Positions 26,910-37,117 are shown, numbered from the stretch's first letter. The stretch: DNA of 64,000 nt from Candidatus Eiseniibacteriota bacterium (GCA_965224245.1 OZ245046.1:1792001-1856000); one strand, 5' to 3'. The notes: generated from the letters alone by a model not told the origin. Translations and numbers: made by a program.

Positions 26910-29711
26910 TCACCCGCCGGCGGGCGCACCCTCCGGCCCGATCAGGCCGTGATGCTCCAGAAACGCCACGAACCGACCGTCGGCCCGCACGTCGGCCTGG
27001 AAGCGGGGGTCGCGGATCAGGTTGGCGTAGACCCAGGGGTTCGCGCACACCGTCGGCAGGTTGATCAGCGAGATCGGTTGCTCGGTGACCCGCCGGTACA
27101 GGTCGTACACGAGATCGGGCGCGACCATGTCGGCACTCTGCACGAGGACGACCTTCTCCACCGCGCCCCGCGGAAACGTGCGATTGCTCATGATCGACGG
27201 GATGGCCTCCTCCAGCTCGCGCCGGGCGAGCGCGCTGTCGCCGGTCATGTAGGTCAGCTTGGGTCGAAACGTCGCCTTGTCGAAGATGCAGATGACCCGC
27301 TCGCTGTAGGGGCGGGTGGTCGAGCGGAGCGCGCCGTCGATGATGGCGGCCGCTTCGCCGGGGTGTCCCTCGGCGATCAGGAGATGGGCGTGATTGGCCT
27401 CGTCGTTGATCTGAGCGGGACACGACCAGTCCCCGTGACCGGCGTGATGCCGATCCCACCGTCCGGCCCACGCGTCGGCGTAGCCGTCGAAGTCGTCCTC
27501 GAACATCGCGACGATCATCTCGTAGTCCTGCACCTTGCGAACGTTGCACCCCGGACCCCGATCGATCGTGTTCACCGCGTGCTCGAACGCATCGAACGAG
27601 GCCCGCGAGCCGTCGGCGAGGAACGCGTAGTAACGCGCCTCCACGAGGTGATGCGTCGCGGTCGGATCCATGTCCGACAGCCGCTCCAGAAACGGCACCA
27701 TGTCCGCGAACCGTTCGGTCATTTCGTACCCGTAGGTCAGACCGGAGATGACCCGGTAGTTGGCGGGGTCGATCGCGAACGCCCGCTCGAGGACGCCGAC
27801 CGCCCGCTCCGGCTGCTCGAGATCGAGGTACAGGAGGGCCAGGTACGAGAGCGTGACCGCGTCGTTCGGCGCCAGCGTCATCGCCTGGTCGAACGCACGG
27901 ACGGCCTGAACCGCATCCTTGGTGACGACGACGTGGTAGTAGCCCTCGGCTCGCAGCACCTCGAGGTTCCCGGGGTCCAGCTCGCGCGCACGCCCGAGGG
28001 CGGCGTCGGCGGCCGCCAGCGCCGAGTCCGCGTCGGCCTCGCGTCCCTCGAGCCCGCGGTACAGCGCGACCTCGTCGGAGAGGCCCACCGCGAGGAGCGC
28101 CCACCCCTCGACGAAGTCGGGGTCGGTCCGCACCGCCTCCCGGATGAGCGCGATGGCGTCCTCCAGCGCGTCGAAGTCGGGCCAGGCGTTCACGACGCGC
28201 CGCGCCCGGAGATAGCGATCGTAGACGGACGTAGCGGCCGTGGGAACCACGGCCATCCGATCGGCCTCCTCGGGCGTGATGCGCGCCTCCAGCGCGGATG
28301 CGATCGCCTGCGCGATCTCGGCCTGCACGGCGAACACGTCCTCGACGTGACGATCGTAGCTCTCGGACCACAGTCCCTGATCGGTCTCGGAGTCGATCAG
28401 GCGGGCGGTGATGCGGACCTCGTCACCCTGTCGCCGGACGGCCCCCTCGACGACGTACCGAACACCCAGCCGGCGGCCGATCGATCGGGCGTCGTCGGCT
28501 CGGCGCTGCGCGGTCATCGCCGAGCGCTTGGAGATCACGCGGAGGGCGGCGATCGCGCCGAGGCGCGTGAGGACGTCCTCGTACATCCCGACCGAGAAGT
28601 ACGCGTCGGTGCTGTCGGGGCTCAGATCCTCGAACGGCAGCACCGCGAGCGTCGGCGTCTCGGTCCGGCCGGCGTCGCCCCCACCCCCGAACAGCCGGAC
28701 ACCGATCCCGACGAGGACGACGAGGACGACGAGGACCGCGAGCGCCCCCGCGACGGCGAGCGGCGTCGTGCGACGGCGCGCGCCGCCGGTCGGCCCGGCG
28801 GGCGACGGCGTCGCCGTGGGCCCGGACCGCATCGGCATCGTCGTCGCCGGCGTCTCCGCCAGGGCGTGGAGCGCAGCGAGGAGGTCGGTGGCCGACGCGG
28901 GCCTCGCCTCTCGGTCCTTCTCGAGACACGTCATCACCACGTCCGCGAGCGGCCCGGGCACGGACGTCAGGACCTCGTCCGGACGCGCCGGCGTCCGGTT
29001 CAGGATCTCGTTCCAGATCGCCGCGTGCGTGGCGCCGGTGAACGGACGGGCTCCGGTCAGCATCTCGTACAGCACGATGCCCACCGAGAACACGTCCGAC
29101 CGCGGATCGACGGCCTGTCCGAGCGCCTGCTCGGGACTCATGTAGTGCACGGTCCCGAGCGTGGTGCCGGGCTCGGTCACGTCGAACGCGGCGGGCGGGC
29201 CCTTCCCGGTCACCGTCGGCGAGTCGGGGTTGACGACGTCGGCGGGCCGCTTGGCCAGACCGAAGTCCAGGATCTTCACGTCACCGCGCGTGGTGATGAG
29301 CAGATTCGCGGGCTTGATGTCCCGGTGGACGATGCGCGCCGCGTGGGCGGCGGCCAGCGCGTCGGCCACCTGGACGGCCAGGCGGATGGTCTCGCCCGGG
29401 TCGATCGGGCCGCGTCGCAGCCGCTCGGCCAGCGTCTCGCCCTCGAGGTGCTCCATGACCAGATAGAGCCGCCCCTCGTGCTCCCCGAAGTCGTGGATCA
29501 CGCAGATGTTCGGATGGCTCAGGGCCGACGTCGCCCGCGCTTCCCGTTCGAACCGGGCCCTGGCGGCGGCGTCGAGGTGCAGTCCCCCGGGAAGCAGCTT
29601 GATCGCGACCCGTCGATCGAGCGTGCGATCGATCGCCAGGTAGACCTCGCCCATGCCCCCCTGGCCGAGGCGCTCGGTGATCTCGTAGCGGCCGATGCGG
29701 GTTCCGATCAC
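26910..29711 (-). CDS. Ser/Thr kinase with TM helix, TolB-N-like domain and TPR repeats
   Basis: VIGTRIGRY, VAIK, HRDIKPAN, DFG; TM helix LAVAGALAVLVVLVVLVGIG; LAVLPFEDLS. Confidence 0.92.
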   Translation of the reverse strand: MIGTRIGRYEITERLGQGGMGEVYLAIDRTLDRRVAIKLLPGGLHLDAAARARFEREARATSALSHPNICVIHDFGEHEGRLYLVMEHLEGETLAERLRRGPIDPGETIRLAVQVADALAAAHAARIVHRDIKPANLLITTRGDVKILDFGLAKRPADVVNPDSPTVTGKGPPAAFDVTEPGTTLGTVHYMSPEQALGQAVDPRSDVFSVGIVLYEMLTGARPFTGATHAAIWNEILNRTPARPDEVLTSVPGPLADVVMTCLEKDREARPASATDLLAALHALAETPATTMPMRSGPTATPSPAGPTGGARRRTTPLAVAGALAVLVVLVVLVGIGVRLFGGGGDAGRTETPTLAVLPFEDLSPDSTDAYFSVGMYEDVLTRLGAIAALRVISKRSAMTAQRRADDARSIGRRLGVRYVVEGAVRRQGDEVRITARLIDSETDQGLWSESYDRHVEDVFAVQAEIAQAIASALEARITPEEADRMAVVPTAATSVYDRYLRARRVVNAWPDFDALEDAIALIREAVRTDPDFVEGWALLAVGLSDEVALYRGLEGREADADSALAAADAALGRARELDPGNLEVLRAEGYYHVVVTKDAVQAVRAFDQAMTLAPNDAVTLSYLALLYLDLEQPERAVGVLERAFAIDPANYRVISGLTYGYEMTERFADMVPFLERLSDMDPTATHHLVEARYYAFLADGSRASFDAFEHAVNTIDRGPGCNVRKVQDYEMIVAMFEDDFDGYADAWAGRWDRHHAGHGDWSCPAQINDEANHAHLLIAEGHPGEAAAIIDGALRSTTRPYSERVICIFDKATFRPKLTYMTGDSALARRELEEAIPSIMSNRTFPRGAVEKVVLVQSADMVAPDLVYDLYRRVTEQPISLINLPTVCANPWVYANLIRDPRFQADVRADGRFVAFLEHHGLIGPEGAPAGG

Positions 29712-29870
29712 GCGTTCTCTCGATCCGATCGGGAGTGGCCGTCGGCGACCGGGAAGAATCGGCCCCACACGTCTCGGCCCCGTCGTCGACGGGCCCGGTG
29801 CGTCATCCGACGTCGTCAGGCTCGGCCAGCATACTCGACGCGTCGCACATCTTCCATGGATCGCGTATCC

Positions 29871-30065
29871 TCAGCGTCGATCTCGCTCCGCGCTCGCTCG
29901 GCCCGGCAGCCGCGTCGGCTTGCAGAGGTAGCGCTTCTGGTTGGCCACGCGCGCGCACTTTCGACAGATGAAGCGGGGCCGATCCACCAGACGCGCGATC
30001 TCGTCCAGGTGGTCCCGCAGCGTGGACTTCGAGACGTCACACAGGCTGTCGAACTCGGCACCCAT
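29871..30065 (-). CDS. Small Cys-rich protein (64 aa)
   Basis: GGAGG RBS; MGAEFDSLC...PRFICRKCARVANQKRYLCKP. Confidence 0.75.
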   Translation of the reverse strand: MGAEFDSLCDVSKSTLRDHLDEIARLVDRPRFICRKCARVANQKRYLCKPTRLPGRASAERDRR

Positions 30066-30109
30066 GGAAGACCTCCGCGTCGCCGCGCCGGGAGCTCGGG
30101 CGGTGCCGG

Positions 30110-30988
30110 GTGCTCGACTCGAACACGACCGGGAGCCCCGAGATGCACGACCGCGATCACGGCTCGCCGGCGCAATCGCCGCCGAGCCCCCACGACCCGA
30201 AGCATACACGACGAGGTCCGTGCGCGAGACGGCGCGTGCCCTGCTCCGGAGCCCGGGCCTCATGCATCCGACGTACCGGGTATCTCGTGCTGGTGAGCGC
30301 GTGCCTCGGGTACGGCACCGCCCACGCCGAGCCGCCGGTCCGGGGCGAGAACTCGGCGATGGTCGCCGCGGCGGACACCCCCGCCGCGCACGAGCACCAC
30401 GACGACGCCACGGTCCATCACCGCTTCGAGGACGCGGACGCGTGGGCGGCCCGCTTCGAAGACCCCGATCGAGACGCGTGGCAGCTCCCCGACGACGTCG
30501 TATCGGCCATCGTCACCCGCGACGACCTCGTCATCGCCGACATCGGCTCGGCGACCGGGTACTTCCCGGTCCGCTTCGCCCGGGCCTGCCCCGACGGACT
30601 GGTGATCGGAGCCGACATCGAGCCCGACATGGTCTACTACCTCAACGATCGCGCCCGCCGCGAGGGGCTCTCGAACCTGGTCAGCGTGCTCGCGGCACCG
30701 GACGATCCGCATCTGCCGGCAACGGCCGACGTGATCTTCATCTGCAACACCTACCATCACATCGACGATCGTCTGGATTACTTCACGCGCCTCCGAGGTC
30801 AGCTCCGCGAGGACGGCCGGCTCGTCGTGGTCGATTATCGACCGGCGTCTCGGCGCGGACCGCCGCACAAGCTCCCCGCCGAGCACGTGGAGACCGAGCT
30901 CATCGAGGCCGGCTACGAGGTCGCCGAGCGACACGACTTCCTGCCCGATCAGTACTTCGTCGTGTTTCGCCCCCGAGCCGGTCAATGA
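30110..30988 (+). CDS. Class I SAM-dependent methyltransferase (start uncertain)
   Basis: RDAWQLPD, VIADIGSATGYF, DIEPDM, NTYHHI. Confidence 0.85.
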   Translation: MLDSNTTGSPEMHDRDHGSPAQSPPSPHDPKHTRRGPCARRRVPCSGARASCIRRTGYLVLVSACLGYGTAHAEPPVRGENSAMVAAADTPAAHEHHDDATVHHRFEDADAWAARFEDPDRDAWQLPDDVVSAIVTRDDLVIADIGSATGYFPVRFARACPDGLVIGADIEPDMVYYLNDRARREGLSNLVSVLAAPDDPHLPATADVIFICNTYHHIDDRLDYFTRLRGQLREDGRLVVVDYRPASRRGPPHKLPAEHVETELIEAGYEVAERHDFLPDQYFVVFRPRAGQ

Positions 30989-31116
30989 TCGATCGACACG
31001 ATCGGCGATCGCGGTTCGAGCGCGCTGGACCGGGAGGCTTGCGTCCGGCGGTCGTCCCGGGGCTATACTCGCGCGAGTCCCTTCACCCCGACGCCGGCGG
31101 CCGGAGGATCCTCGCG

Positions 31117-31311
31117 ATGCCGTTCTACGAGTACCGCTGCTCGTCGTGCGACGAGCGCTTCACGCTGATGCGCGCCATCGACGAACGGGACCTTCCCGCG
31201 GCGTGTCCCGGCTGCGGCGCGAACGAGTCGACGCGCCAGCTCTCCGTGTTCGCGACCGGCGCCTCGGACGCGTCGGTCGCCGGCGATGCGTGCCGGCCGG
31301 GCTTCTCCTGA
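31117..31311 (+). CDS. FmdB-family zinc-ribbon protein
   Basis: GGAGG RBS; MPFYEYRCSSC...CPGCG...RQLSVF. Confidence 0.9.
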   Translation: MPFYEYRCSSCDERFTLMRAIDERDLPAACPGCGANESTRQLSVFATGASDASVAGDACRPGFS

Positions 31312-31598
31312 CGACCCGCCCGCTAGGGAGCCGGGTGCCCCCTCCCTCACACCGGAGTGAGCGATCCGACCGGCCGGCGTGCCCGACACCGACCCCCTCC
31401 CCGCGCGCTCGCGGGCGAGCCGCCGCGCGAGGCCGTTCACGCTTGACAGGCTCCGCGGTCACGTTGCTAACTCTCGACGTGCACGGACGATACAAAGACG
31501 ACCATCCCGACCGGCGCGGGAGACGCCCGGTCCCCGGCACGATGCGCTCCCCGCTCGCGCGCGGCAGCGTCATCCCCCGTCGATCGGGCGCAGTCCCG

Positions 31599-32408
31599 AT
31601 GCCCGGAGACGGGAGCGGAGCTCTCGGGATCACACGTTCGGTCGTCCTGTCTCTGCTCCTCGTCTCGACCTCGCTCCCGACATCCGGAGCGCGTGGCGAC
31701 CCGCCGCGTCTCCGCGTCTTCGCCGCGGCCAGCCTCACCGACGTGCTCGAGAGCCTGGCATCCGGGTTTACGGACGCACGCGTGGACGTGAGCCTCGGGG
31801 GATCCAGCGCACTCGCCCGGCAGATCCGCGACGGCGCACCGGTCGACGTCTTCGTCTCGGCCAGCCCCGACTGGATCGAGGACCTCCGCGAGGCGGATGC
31901 GATCACCGGAGAGGCGGTCGTGCTCGCCCGCAATCGCCTGGTCTGCGTCGCCCCCCGGGGCAGTCCGCTCGCCGAGGTGGGAGACGGCCTCACCGCGCCC
32001 GAGCCGGTGGAGCCGCAGGCGCTCTTCGCGCGACTGGACGACGGCGCGCGTCTCGGCATCGCCGACCCGGGCGTGCCGGCCGGCGAGTACGCGCGGGCCG
32101 CGCTCGATCGCCTCGGCGTGCTTCGCGATCTCGAGCGCCGCCTCGTGGGCCAGAAGGACGTACGCGCGGTCCTGCACGCCGTCGAGCAGGGCGAGCTGGT
32201 GGCCGGGTTCGTCTACGCCACCGACGCCGCGGTCGCCGACGTGATCGTGCTGTTCGCGTTCGACGCCGCCACGCATCCCGCGATCGAGTACCAGGCCGTG
32301 GTGCCCCGTGAAGCCGAGAGCCCGGAGCTCGCTCGCCGCTTTCTCGTCTACCTCCGAAGCGACAGCGCGCGAGCCGTGCTCACCCGCGCCGGCTTCGACG
32401 CACCCTGA
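31599..32408 (+). CDS. modA: Molybdate ABC transporter substrate-binding protein (start approximate)
   Basis: VFAAASL, GSSALARQI, DVFVSA, VPAGEYA, GFVYATDA; followed by modB and modC. Confidence 0.92.
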   Translation: MPGDGSGALGITRSVVLSLLLVSTSLPTSGARGDPPRLRVFAAASLTDVLESLASGFTDARVDVSLGGSSALARQIRDGAPVDVFVSASPDWIEDLREADAITGEAVVLARNRLVCVAPRGSPLAEVGDGLTAPEPVEPQALFARLDDGARLGIADPGVPAGEYARAALDRLGVLRDLERRLVGQKDVRAVLHAVEQGELVAGFVYATDAAVADVIVLFAFDAATHPAIEYQAVVPREAESPELARRFLVYLRSDSARAVLTRAGFDAP

Positions 32409-32415
32409 AGACCCC

Positions 32416-33093
32416 ATGACGACCACGGCCGAGCTCGACGTCGTTCTGCTCTCGGTTCGGGTGGCGGCACTGGCGGTGATCGCCAGCCTGATCCCCGGCA
32501 TCCTCGTCGGGTGGCTCCTGGCGCGCTGGACCCATCCGCTTCGCGCGCTGGTTCAGGGCGTCGTGATGTTGCCGCTCGTGCTTCCTCCGGTCGTGACCGG
32601 GTACCTCTTGCTCTTCGCCTTCGGTCGGAGCCGCCCGCTCGGCCAGGCCTGGCACGCGCTCACCGGCGGACATCTGGCGTACACGACGACGGCGTGCGTG
32701 ATCGCGGCGGCCGTCGTGGGCTTCCCGCTCCTGGTCGAGGCGATCCGCCTCTCGATGCTGGGCGTCGACCGCCGCCTCGAGGACGTCTCGCGGAGCCTGG
32801 GTCGCGGTCGCATCGACACGTTCGTCCGGATCACGCTCCCCCTCGCGATGCCCGGGCTCAGCGCGGGCGCCGTGCTCGCGTTCGCGCGCGCCCTGGGAGA
32901 GTTCGGCGCGACGATCGTGCTGGCCGGGAACATCGCGGGTGAGACGCGTACGGTACCGATCGCGGTGTACACGCTCCTGAACGTACGCGGCGGTGAGGAT
33001 GCCGTGGTGCGCCTGGTGGCCCTGAGCGTCGCGCTCTCGCTGGCGGCGCTGCTGGTCTCGTTCCGACTCTCCGCGCGGCAGAGGCGGGCGTGA
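32416..33093 (+). CDS. modB: Molybdate ABC transporter permease
   Basis: LPLVLPPVVTGY, FARALGEFGAT, GNIAGETRT. Confidence 0.95.
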   Translation: MTTTAELDVVLLSVRVAALAVIASLIPGILVGWLLARWTHPLRALVQGVVMLPLVLPPVVTGYLLLFAFGRSRPLGQAWHALTGGHLAYTTTACVIAAAVVGFPLLVEAIRLSMLGVDRRLEDVSRSLGRGRIDTFVRITLPLAMPGLSAGAVLAFARALGEFGATIVLAGNIAGETRTVPIAVYTLLNVRGGEDAVVRLVALSVALSLAALLVSFRLSARQRRA

Positions 33094-34166
33094 TGCTGGA
33101 GCTTCGGGTCCGCCACCGCTTTCGCGCGTTCTCGCTGGATCTGGAGATGTCCTCGTCGGGGCCGGTGCTCGGGATCTTCGGACCGTCGGGCAGCGGCAAG
33201 ACGACGCTCCTCCACACGATCGCGGGTCTCCTCCGCCCGCACGCGGCCCGCGTCGTGGCCGGCGGCCGTGAGGTGTGCGCGGTACCGCGCGGGTCGTGGA
33301 TGCCGCCCGAGAAACGACGCCTGGCGCTGGTGACCCAGGATCCCCTGCTGTTCCCCCATCGCAGCGTCCGTGACAACCTGACCTACGCGCCGGGCGCGGC
33401 CGCCCGCCTGGAGAGCGAACGGGGTCGGCGCGTCCTGGGCGTGCTCCGGATCGGGTCGCTGCTGGAACGCGGGACCCACAACCTCTCCGGAGGCGAGCGC
33501 CAGCGCGTCGCGCTCGGTCGCGCCCTCCTGGCCGATCCCCTGCTGCTACTCCTGGACGAGCCCACGAGCTCGCTCGACGCCGAGCTGTCACGCGACGTGC
33601 TCGGCCTCCTGCTCCACGTCAAGCGCGAGCTCGGCGTGCCGATGGTGTTCGTGACCCACCGCGCGCCCGAGCTCCTGGCGCTGGCCGACGACTGCGTCGT
33701 GCTCGACACCGGTCGGCTGGTCACGCAGGGGCCGCCGGTGCGCGTTCTGCGGCGTCCCAGCACGCTCGGGGTGGCGTCGCTGGTCGGGGTGGACAACCTC
33801 CTGTGCCTGCCCGTCGTCGATCACGACGAGTCCGGGGGCGTCACGCGACTCGACCTGGGCTCGGGGCTCTCGCTGTCGGCGCCGTTCTGCGACGTGCCCG
33901 CGGGAACGATGCTCGATGTCGGTCTCTACGCCGACGAGGTTCTGATCTGTCTGGAGACCCCGACCGGCATCTCCGCCCGGAACGTGCTTCCGGGCCGGGT
34001 GCTCGCACTGGATGGCGTGGGCCGCGAGGTGCTGGCGACCCTTCGCGTCGGCAAGGTGTCGATCTCCGCACGACTGACGCCCGCCGCGACGCGGGAGCTG
34101 CAGCTCCGCGAGGGCTCACGCGTGATGGTGATCGTCAAGACCGCGTCGATCCACCGGCTGAGCTGA
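33090..34166 (+). CDS. modC: Molybdate ABC transporter ATPase with TOBE domain
   Basis: GPSGSGKTT, LSGGERQR, LLLDEP, ISARN. Confidence 0.95.
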   Translation: MMLELRVRHRFRAFSLDLEMSSSGPVLGIFGPSGSGKTTLLHTIAGLLRPHAARVVAGGREVCAVPRGSWMPPEKRRLALVTQDPLLFPHRSVRDNLTYAPGAAARLESERGRRVLGVLRIGSLLERGTHNLSGGERQRVALGRALLADPLLLLLDEPTSSLDAELSRDVLGLLLHVKRELGVPMVFVTHRAPELLALADDCVVLDTGRLVTQGPPVRVLRRPSTLGVASLVGVDNLLCLPVVDHDESGGVTRLDLGSGLSLSAPFCDVPAGTMLDVGLYADEVLICLETPTGISARNVLPGRVLALDGVGREVLATLRVGKVSISARLTPAATRELQLREGSRVMVIVKTASIHRLS

Positions 34167-34310
34167 CCGACGATGAGGTCACCGACGTGTGGCATCGTCC
34201 GGTCCGCGACGCTCGCGAGCGGGTTTCCGGCCGTGACTCCGGTACGCGCGTCGGTCACAATGCGGCGACCACGCCGAGCGGCAGTCGCCGTCGATCGAGG
34301 AGTCCACGCG

Positions 34311-34997
34311 ATGTCAATCCGCCCCCACACGTCGGCTCCGGTGATCATCGCCGGCATCGTCGCCGTCCTGCTTGCGAGCGGATGCAGCTCGACGCGATCG
34401 GTCGGTGTGAGTCCCTCGGGCTTTCTGGGTGATCTGTCGAGTCTACAGGTCGTCGACGCCGAGACCGGAGGCGAGGTTCTCGTGAGCGAGCCGGGCGTGC
34501 TCGGGCGATACGATCGGTTCCTCCTGGACCCCGTGGTCATCGTGTTCGCCGACGACACCCCGGCCCGGGCGATCGATCCCGAGGACCTGGCGCGATTGAC
34601 CGCGTCTCTTCGCGCGACGGTCGCGGACGCGCTGCGCGACGGGAACTACGACGTCGTCGAGTCGCCCGGACCGCGCGTGCTCCGGATCCGGGCCGCTCTG
34701 ACCCGGGTCGATCCGTCACGGCCGGCGGTGAACGTGGCCGGGAAGGCCGCGGGCGCCGCCGCGGGGGTCGGTGGGTTCGTCGTTCCCGGCATCGACCTAG
34801 GTGGAGCTTCGATCGAGGCGGAGATGATCGACTCCGACACGGGCGTCCGGGTCGCCGCCTATCTCGATGCGCGTCGCGGACGACGATTCGGAGGCACGGT
34901 CGACGCGGCCCGCAAGTGGGGCCACGCCGAGGAGGCATTCGGCATCTGGGCCTCCGAGCTTCGAGGCCGCCTCGATCGGCTCCGGCGGGAGCGCTAG
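34311..34997 (+). CDS. DUF3313-like lipoprotein
   Basis: Lipobox LASGC; SGFLGD; PGPRVLRIRAALT; GASIEAEMIDS. Confidence 0.8.
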   Translation: MSIRPHTSAPVIIAGIVAVLLASGCSSTRSVGVSPSGFLGDLSSLQVVDAETGGEVLVSEPGVLGRYDRFLLDPVVIVFADDTPARAIDPEDLARLTASLRATVADALRDGNYDVVESPGPRVLRIRAALTRVDPSRPAVNVAGKAAGAAAGVGGFVVPGIDLGGASIEAEMIDSDTGVRVAAYLDARRGRRFGGTVDAARKWGHAEEAFGIWASELRGRLDRLRRER

Positions 34998-35003
34998 GTC
35001 CCC

Positions 35004-35429
35004 GTGATCCTCGTGATCCCCGCGATCGTGGTCCTGGTCGGCGCGGCGATCGCCATCCATTACGAGACGCTTCGGCTGGCATCCCGCACCTGGCCCGGCG
35101 GGACCCGACGCCCCCGCCTCGTCGTGATCGGCGGCGTCGGGCTCGCGCTGGTCGCGCACGTGCTCGAAGTGTGGGTGTTCGCGATCGGCTACTTTCTCCT
35201 GTCGCGCATTCGGGAGGCGGGAACGCTCGGGGGCGAGTTCACCGGTGCGTTCCTCGACTGCACCTACTACTCCTTCGTCGTGTACACGTCGCTCGGCTTC
35301 GGAGACGTGACCCCGGAGGGACCCATTCGCCTCCTGACCGGCATGGAAGCGCTGACGGGACTGGTGCTCGTGGCGTGGACGGCCTCGTTCATGTTCCTGC
35401 AGCTTCGATCGCAGTGGACCGCCGACTAG
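35004..35429 (+). CDS. Small potassium-channel-family (Ion_trans_2) protein
   Basis: Pore-like motif YYSFVVYTSLGFGDV between TM helices. Confidence 0.85.
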   Translation: MILVIPAIVVLVGAAIAIHYETLRLASRTWPGGTRRPRLVVIGGVGLALVAHVLEVWVFAIGYFLLSRIREAGTLGGEFTGAFLDCTYYSFVVYTSLGFGDVTPEGPIRLLTGMEALTGLVLVAWTASFMFLQLRSQWTAD

Positions 35430-35458
35430 CCGAGAGCACCCCGACGCGGGGCGACGAC

Positions 35459-36814
35459 TCAGCGCACGTCGAAACGGGTCACGTGTCGGGCCATCAAGAC
35501 CGGCTCTGACTCCTCGGCCGGAACCCCCAGATACTCGGCCACCGACGACACGAGGCGCGAGTAGTACACCTCCGCCGTCACCTCGACGGGTCCCGGCGCC
35601 AGCCCATCGGGCAACATCCACGTATACGTCTCGTTCCGGGCTGCGAGCGGCGGCAGACGGTAGTCCGGCCCGAAGCTCGCCGTGTTCCATTGCGCGATCG
35701 TCATCCGTCCCTCGGGGTCGAGGTACGGAAGCCGGTAGATCCGATCCCCCTCGGGCACGTCGCCGTCGCGGCGCAGCCCCGCGAAGTCCGGCTCCCCTCG
35801 GATCTCGCCGATGTCCTGGTAGGCGCGCGCGGTCGGCGAGGCGATCGTGTAGGCCTCACCCTCGAAGCCTTTCGGATCCACGTGCAGGTGATACGTCCGG
35901 CCCTCGGCGTCGGTCGCCTCGACGTGCAGCCACACGACGCGCTCCTCGGCCGACCCCGACGGGATCATGTGGCCGGCCTTGGCATTCACGACCGTCGCGA
36001 CGAGGCGGACGTCGTCGCCCGAACGCGCCATCGGCTCGGTCGCGTGGATCCGCACCTCGACCGCGCCCGCGAGCTTGCCCGGATCGTGGGCGCCGTGGAA
36101 GAGATGCTGACGCACGTCCGGATGCACGTCGCCGTCGAGCACGCTCACGCCCTCCGCCCTCGGCATGTGGCAGTCCTGGCAGACGATGTTCGCCTCGGCG
36201 TACGGGCTCTCCTTCCACTCCAGGTGCGTGGCCTTGACCCGCTGTCCGAAGGGGTCCTTCTCGTTGTGGCAGGTCCCGCAGAGCTCGGCGGACGCGAGAA
36301 AGTCGTTCCTCACGATGTCGTGGTAGTCGCTCCGTCCGGTTCCGCGCGCGCCCTGCTTGGCCTCACCCGGCTCGATCACGTAGTTGAAGTTGAACGGTAC
36401 GTCCCCGTCGAAGCCGGTGATGCTGTGGCACACCTCACAGCTGACGCCCTCGTTGGCGCGGGTTTCGCCGGAGGGACGGCTCGGTGGGATGTCCCCGGCC
36501 AGGAAGGCCAGCGGCGCGTGGCAGCCGTTGCACCCGGCCTCGATCTCGGCGACCTTCGGCTCGGTCTGACTGTGGGGATAGGCGAGCTCGAAGTACTCGA
36601 TCTCGTCCCAGTGATGCGTGAACGACTGCGACATCAGATTCTGCTCGTGCTGTCGCGCGATGTCGACGTGACACTCCGCGCAGACGTCCGGGGTGTCGAA
36701 CCGGTCGTACGGATGCGACCCGAGCTCGGCGGCCGGGGCCGAAGACGCAAGAGCCGTGAGAGAGACGAGCGCCACCGGGAGAGCGAGGCGGCGCGAACGA
36801 ACGTGGCGGAACAT
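35459..36814 (-). CDS. Exported pentaheme cytochrome c (c554-like)
   Basis: Signal peptide; CAECH, CNGCH, EGVSCEVCH, CGTCH, CQDCH; GHMIPSG. Confidence 0.87.
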   Translation of the reverse strand: MFRHVRSRRLALPVALVSLTALASSAPAAELGSHPYDRFDTPDVCAECHVDIARQHEQNLMSQSFTHHWDEIEYFELAYPHSQTEPKVAEIEAGCNGCHAPLAFLAGDIPPSRPSGETRANEGVSCEVCHSITGFDGDVPFNFNYVIEPGEAKQGARGTGRSDYHDIVRNDFLASAELCGTCHNEKDPFGQRVKATHLEWKESPYAEANIVCQDCHMPRAEGVSVLDGDVHPDVRQHLFHGAHDPGKLAGAVEVRIHATEPMARSGDDVRLVATVVNAKAGHMIPSGSAEERVVWLHVEATDAEGRTYHLHVDPKGFEGEAYTIASPTARAYQDIGEIRGEPDFAGLRRDGDVPEGDRIYRLPYLDPEGRMTIAQWNTASFGPDYRLPPLAARNETYTWMLPDGLAPGPVEVTAEVYYSRLVSSVAEYLGVPAEESEPVLMARHVTRFDVR

Positions 36815-37117
36815 GGTGACCTCCGCGTGTTGTCGCCCGAAGAGCCGAGCACGCTAGCACCGCCCGGACGGAGGTTCAACGGTGCGGTCCGTGGGCGGTG
36901 CGCCGAGGTTCCGTGATGATCCGCGGTCTGGCCCGACGCGCGGCCAGCCCCGGCCCGCGGATTGGAATCACGTTCACATCGCCGCCCTCGCGCGCCGTCG
37001 ATTGATGCACATACATCATTGTGCTCGCCTCGCGATCCCTGGCAGCGTTTTGGCGCGCCCGCAAGTGCCGCCGCACACACGCGCCCGCCGTGCGGCCCAA
37101 CAGACGGAGCGTGCGCC

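Noticed and set aside
26949-30296. 1115-aa plus-strand ORF
   Set aside because: Antisense to a clear kinase gene; no recognisable domain.
31312-31598. Moco riboswitch or ModE box upstream of modA
   Set aside because: No convincing match by eye; only a TTGACA at 31443 without a well-spaced -10. An Infernal scan would settle it.
37040-37055. Third sigma54 promoter (TGGCAGCGTTTTGGCG)
   Set aside because: GG-N10-GC spacing is present but the -12 element is poor; plausible by chance at this GC content.
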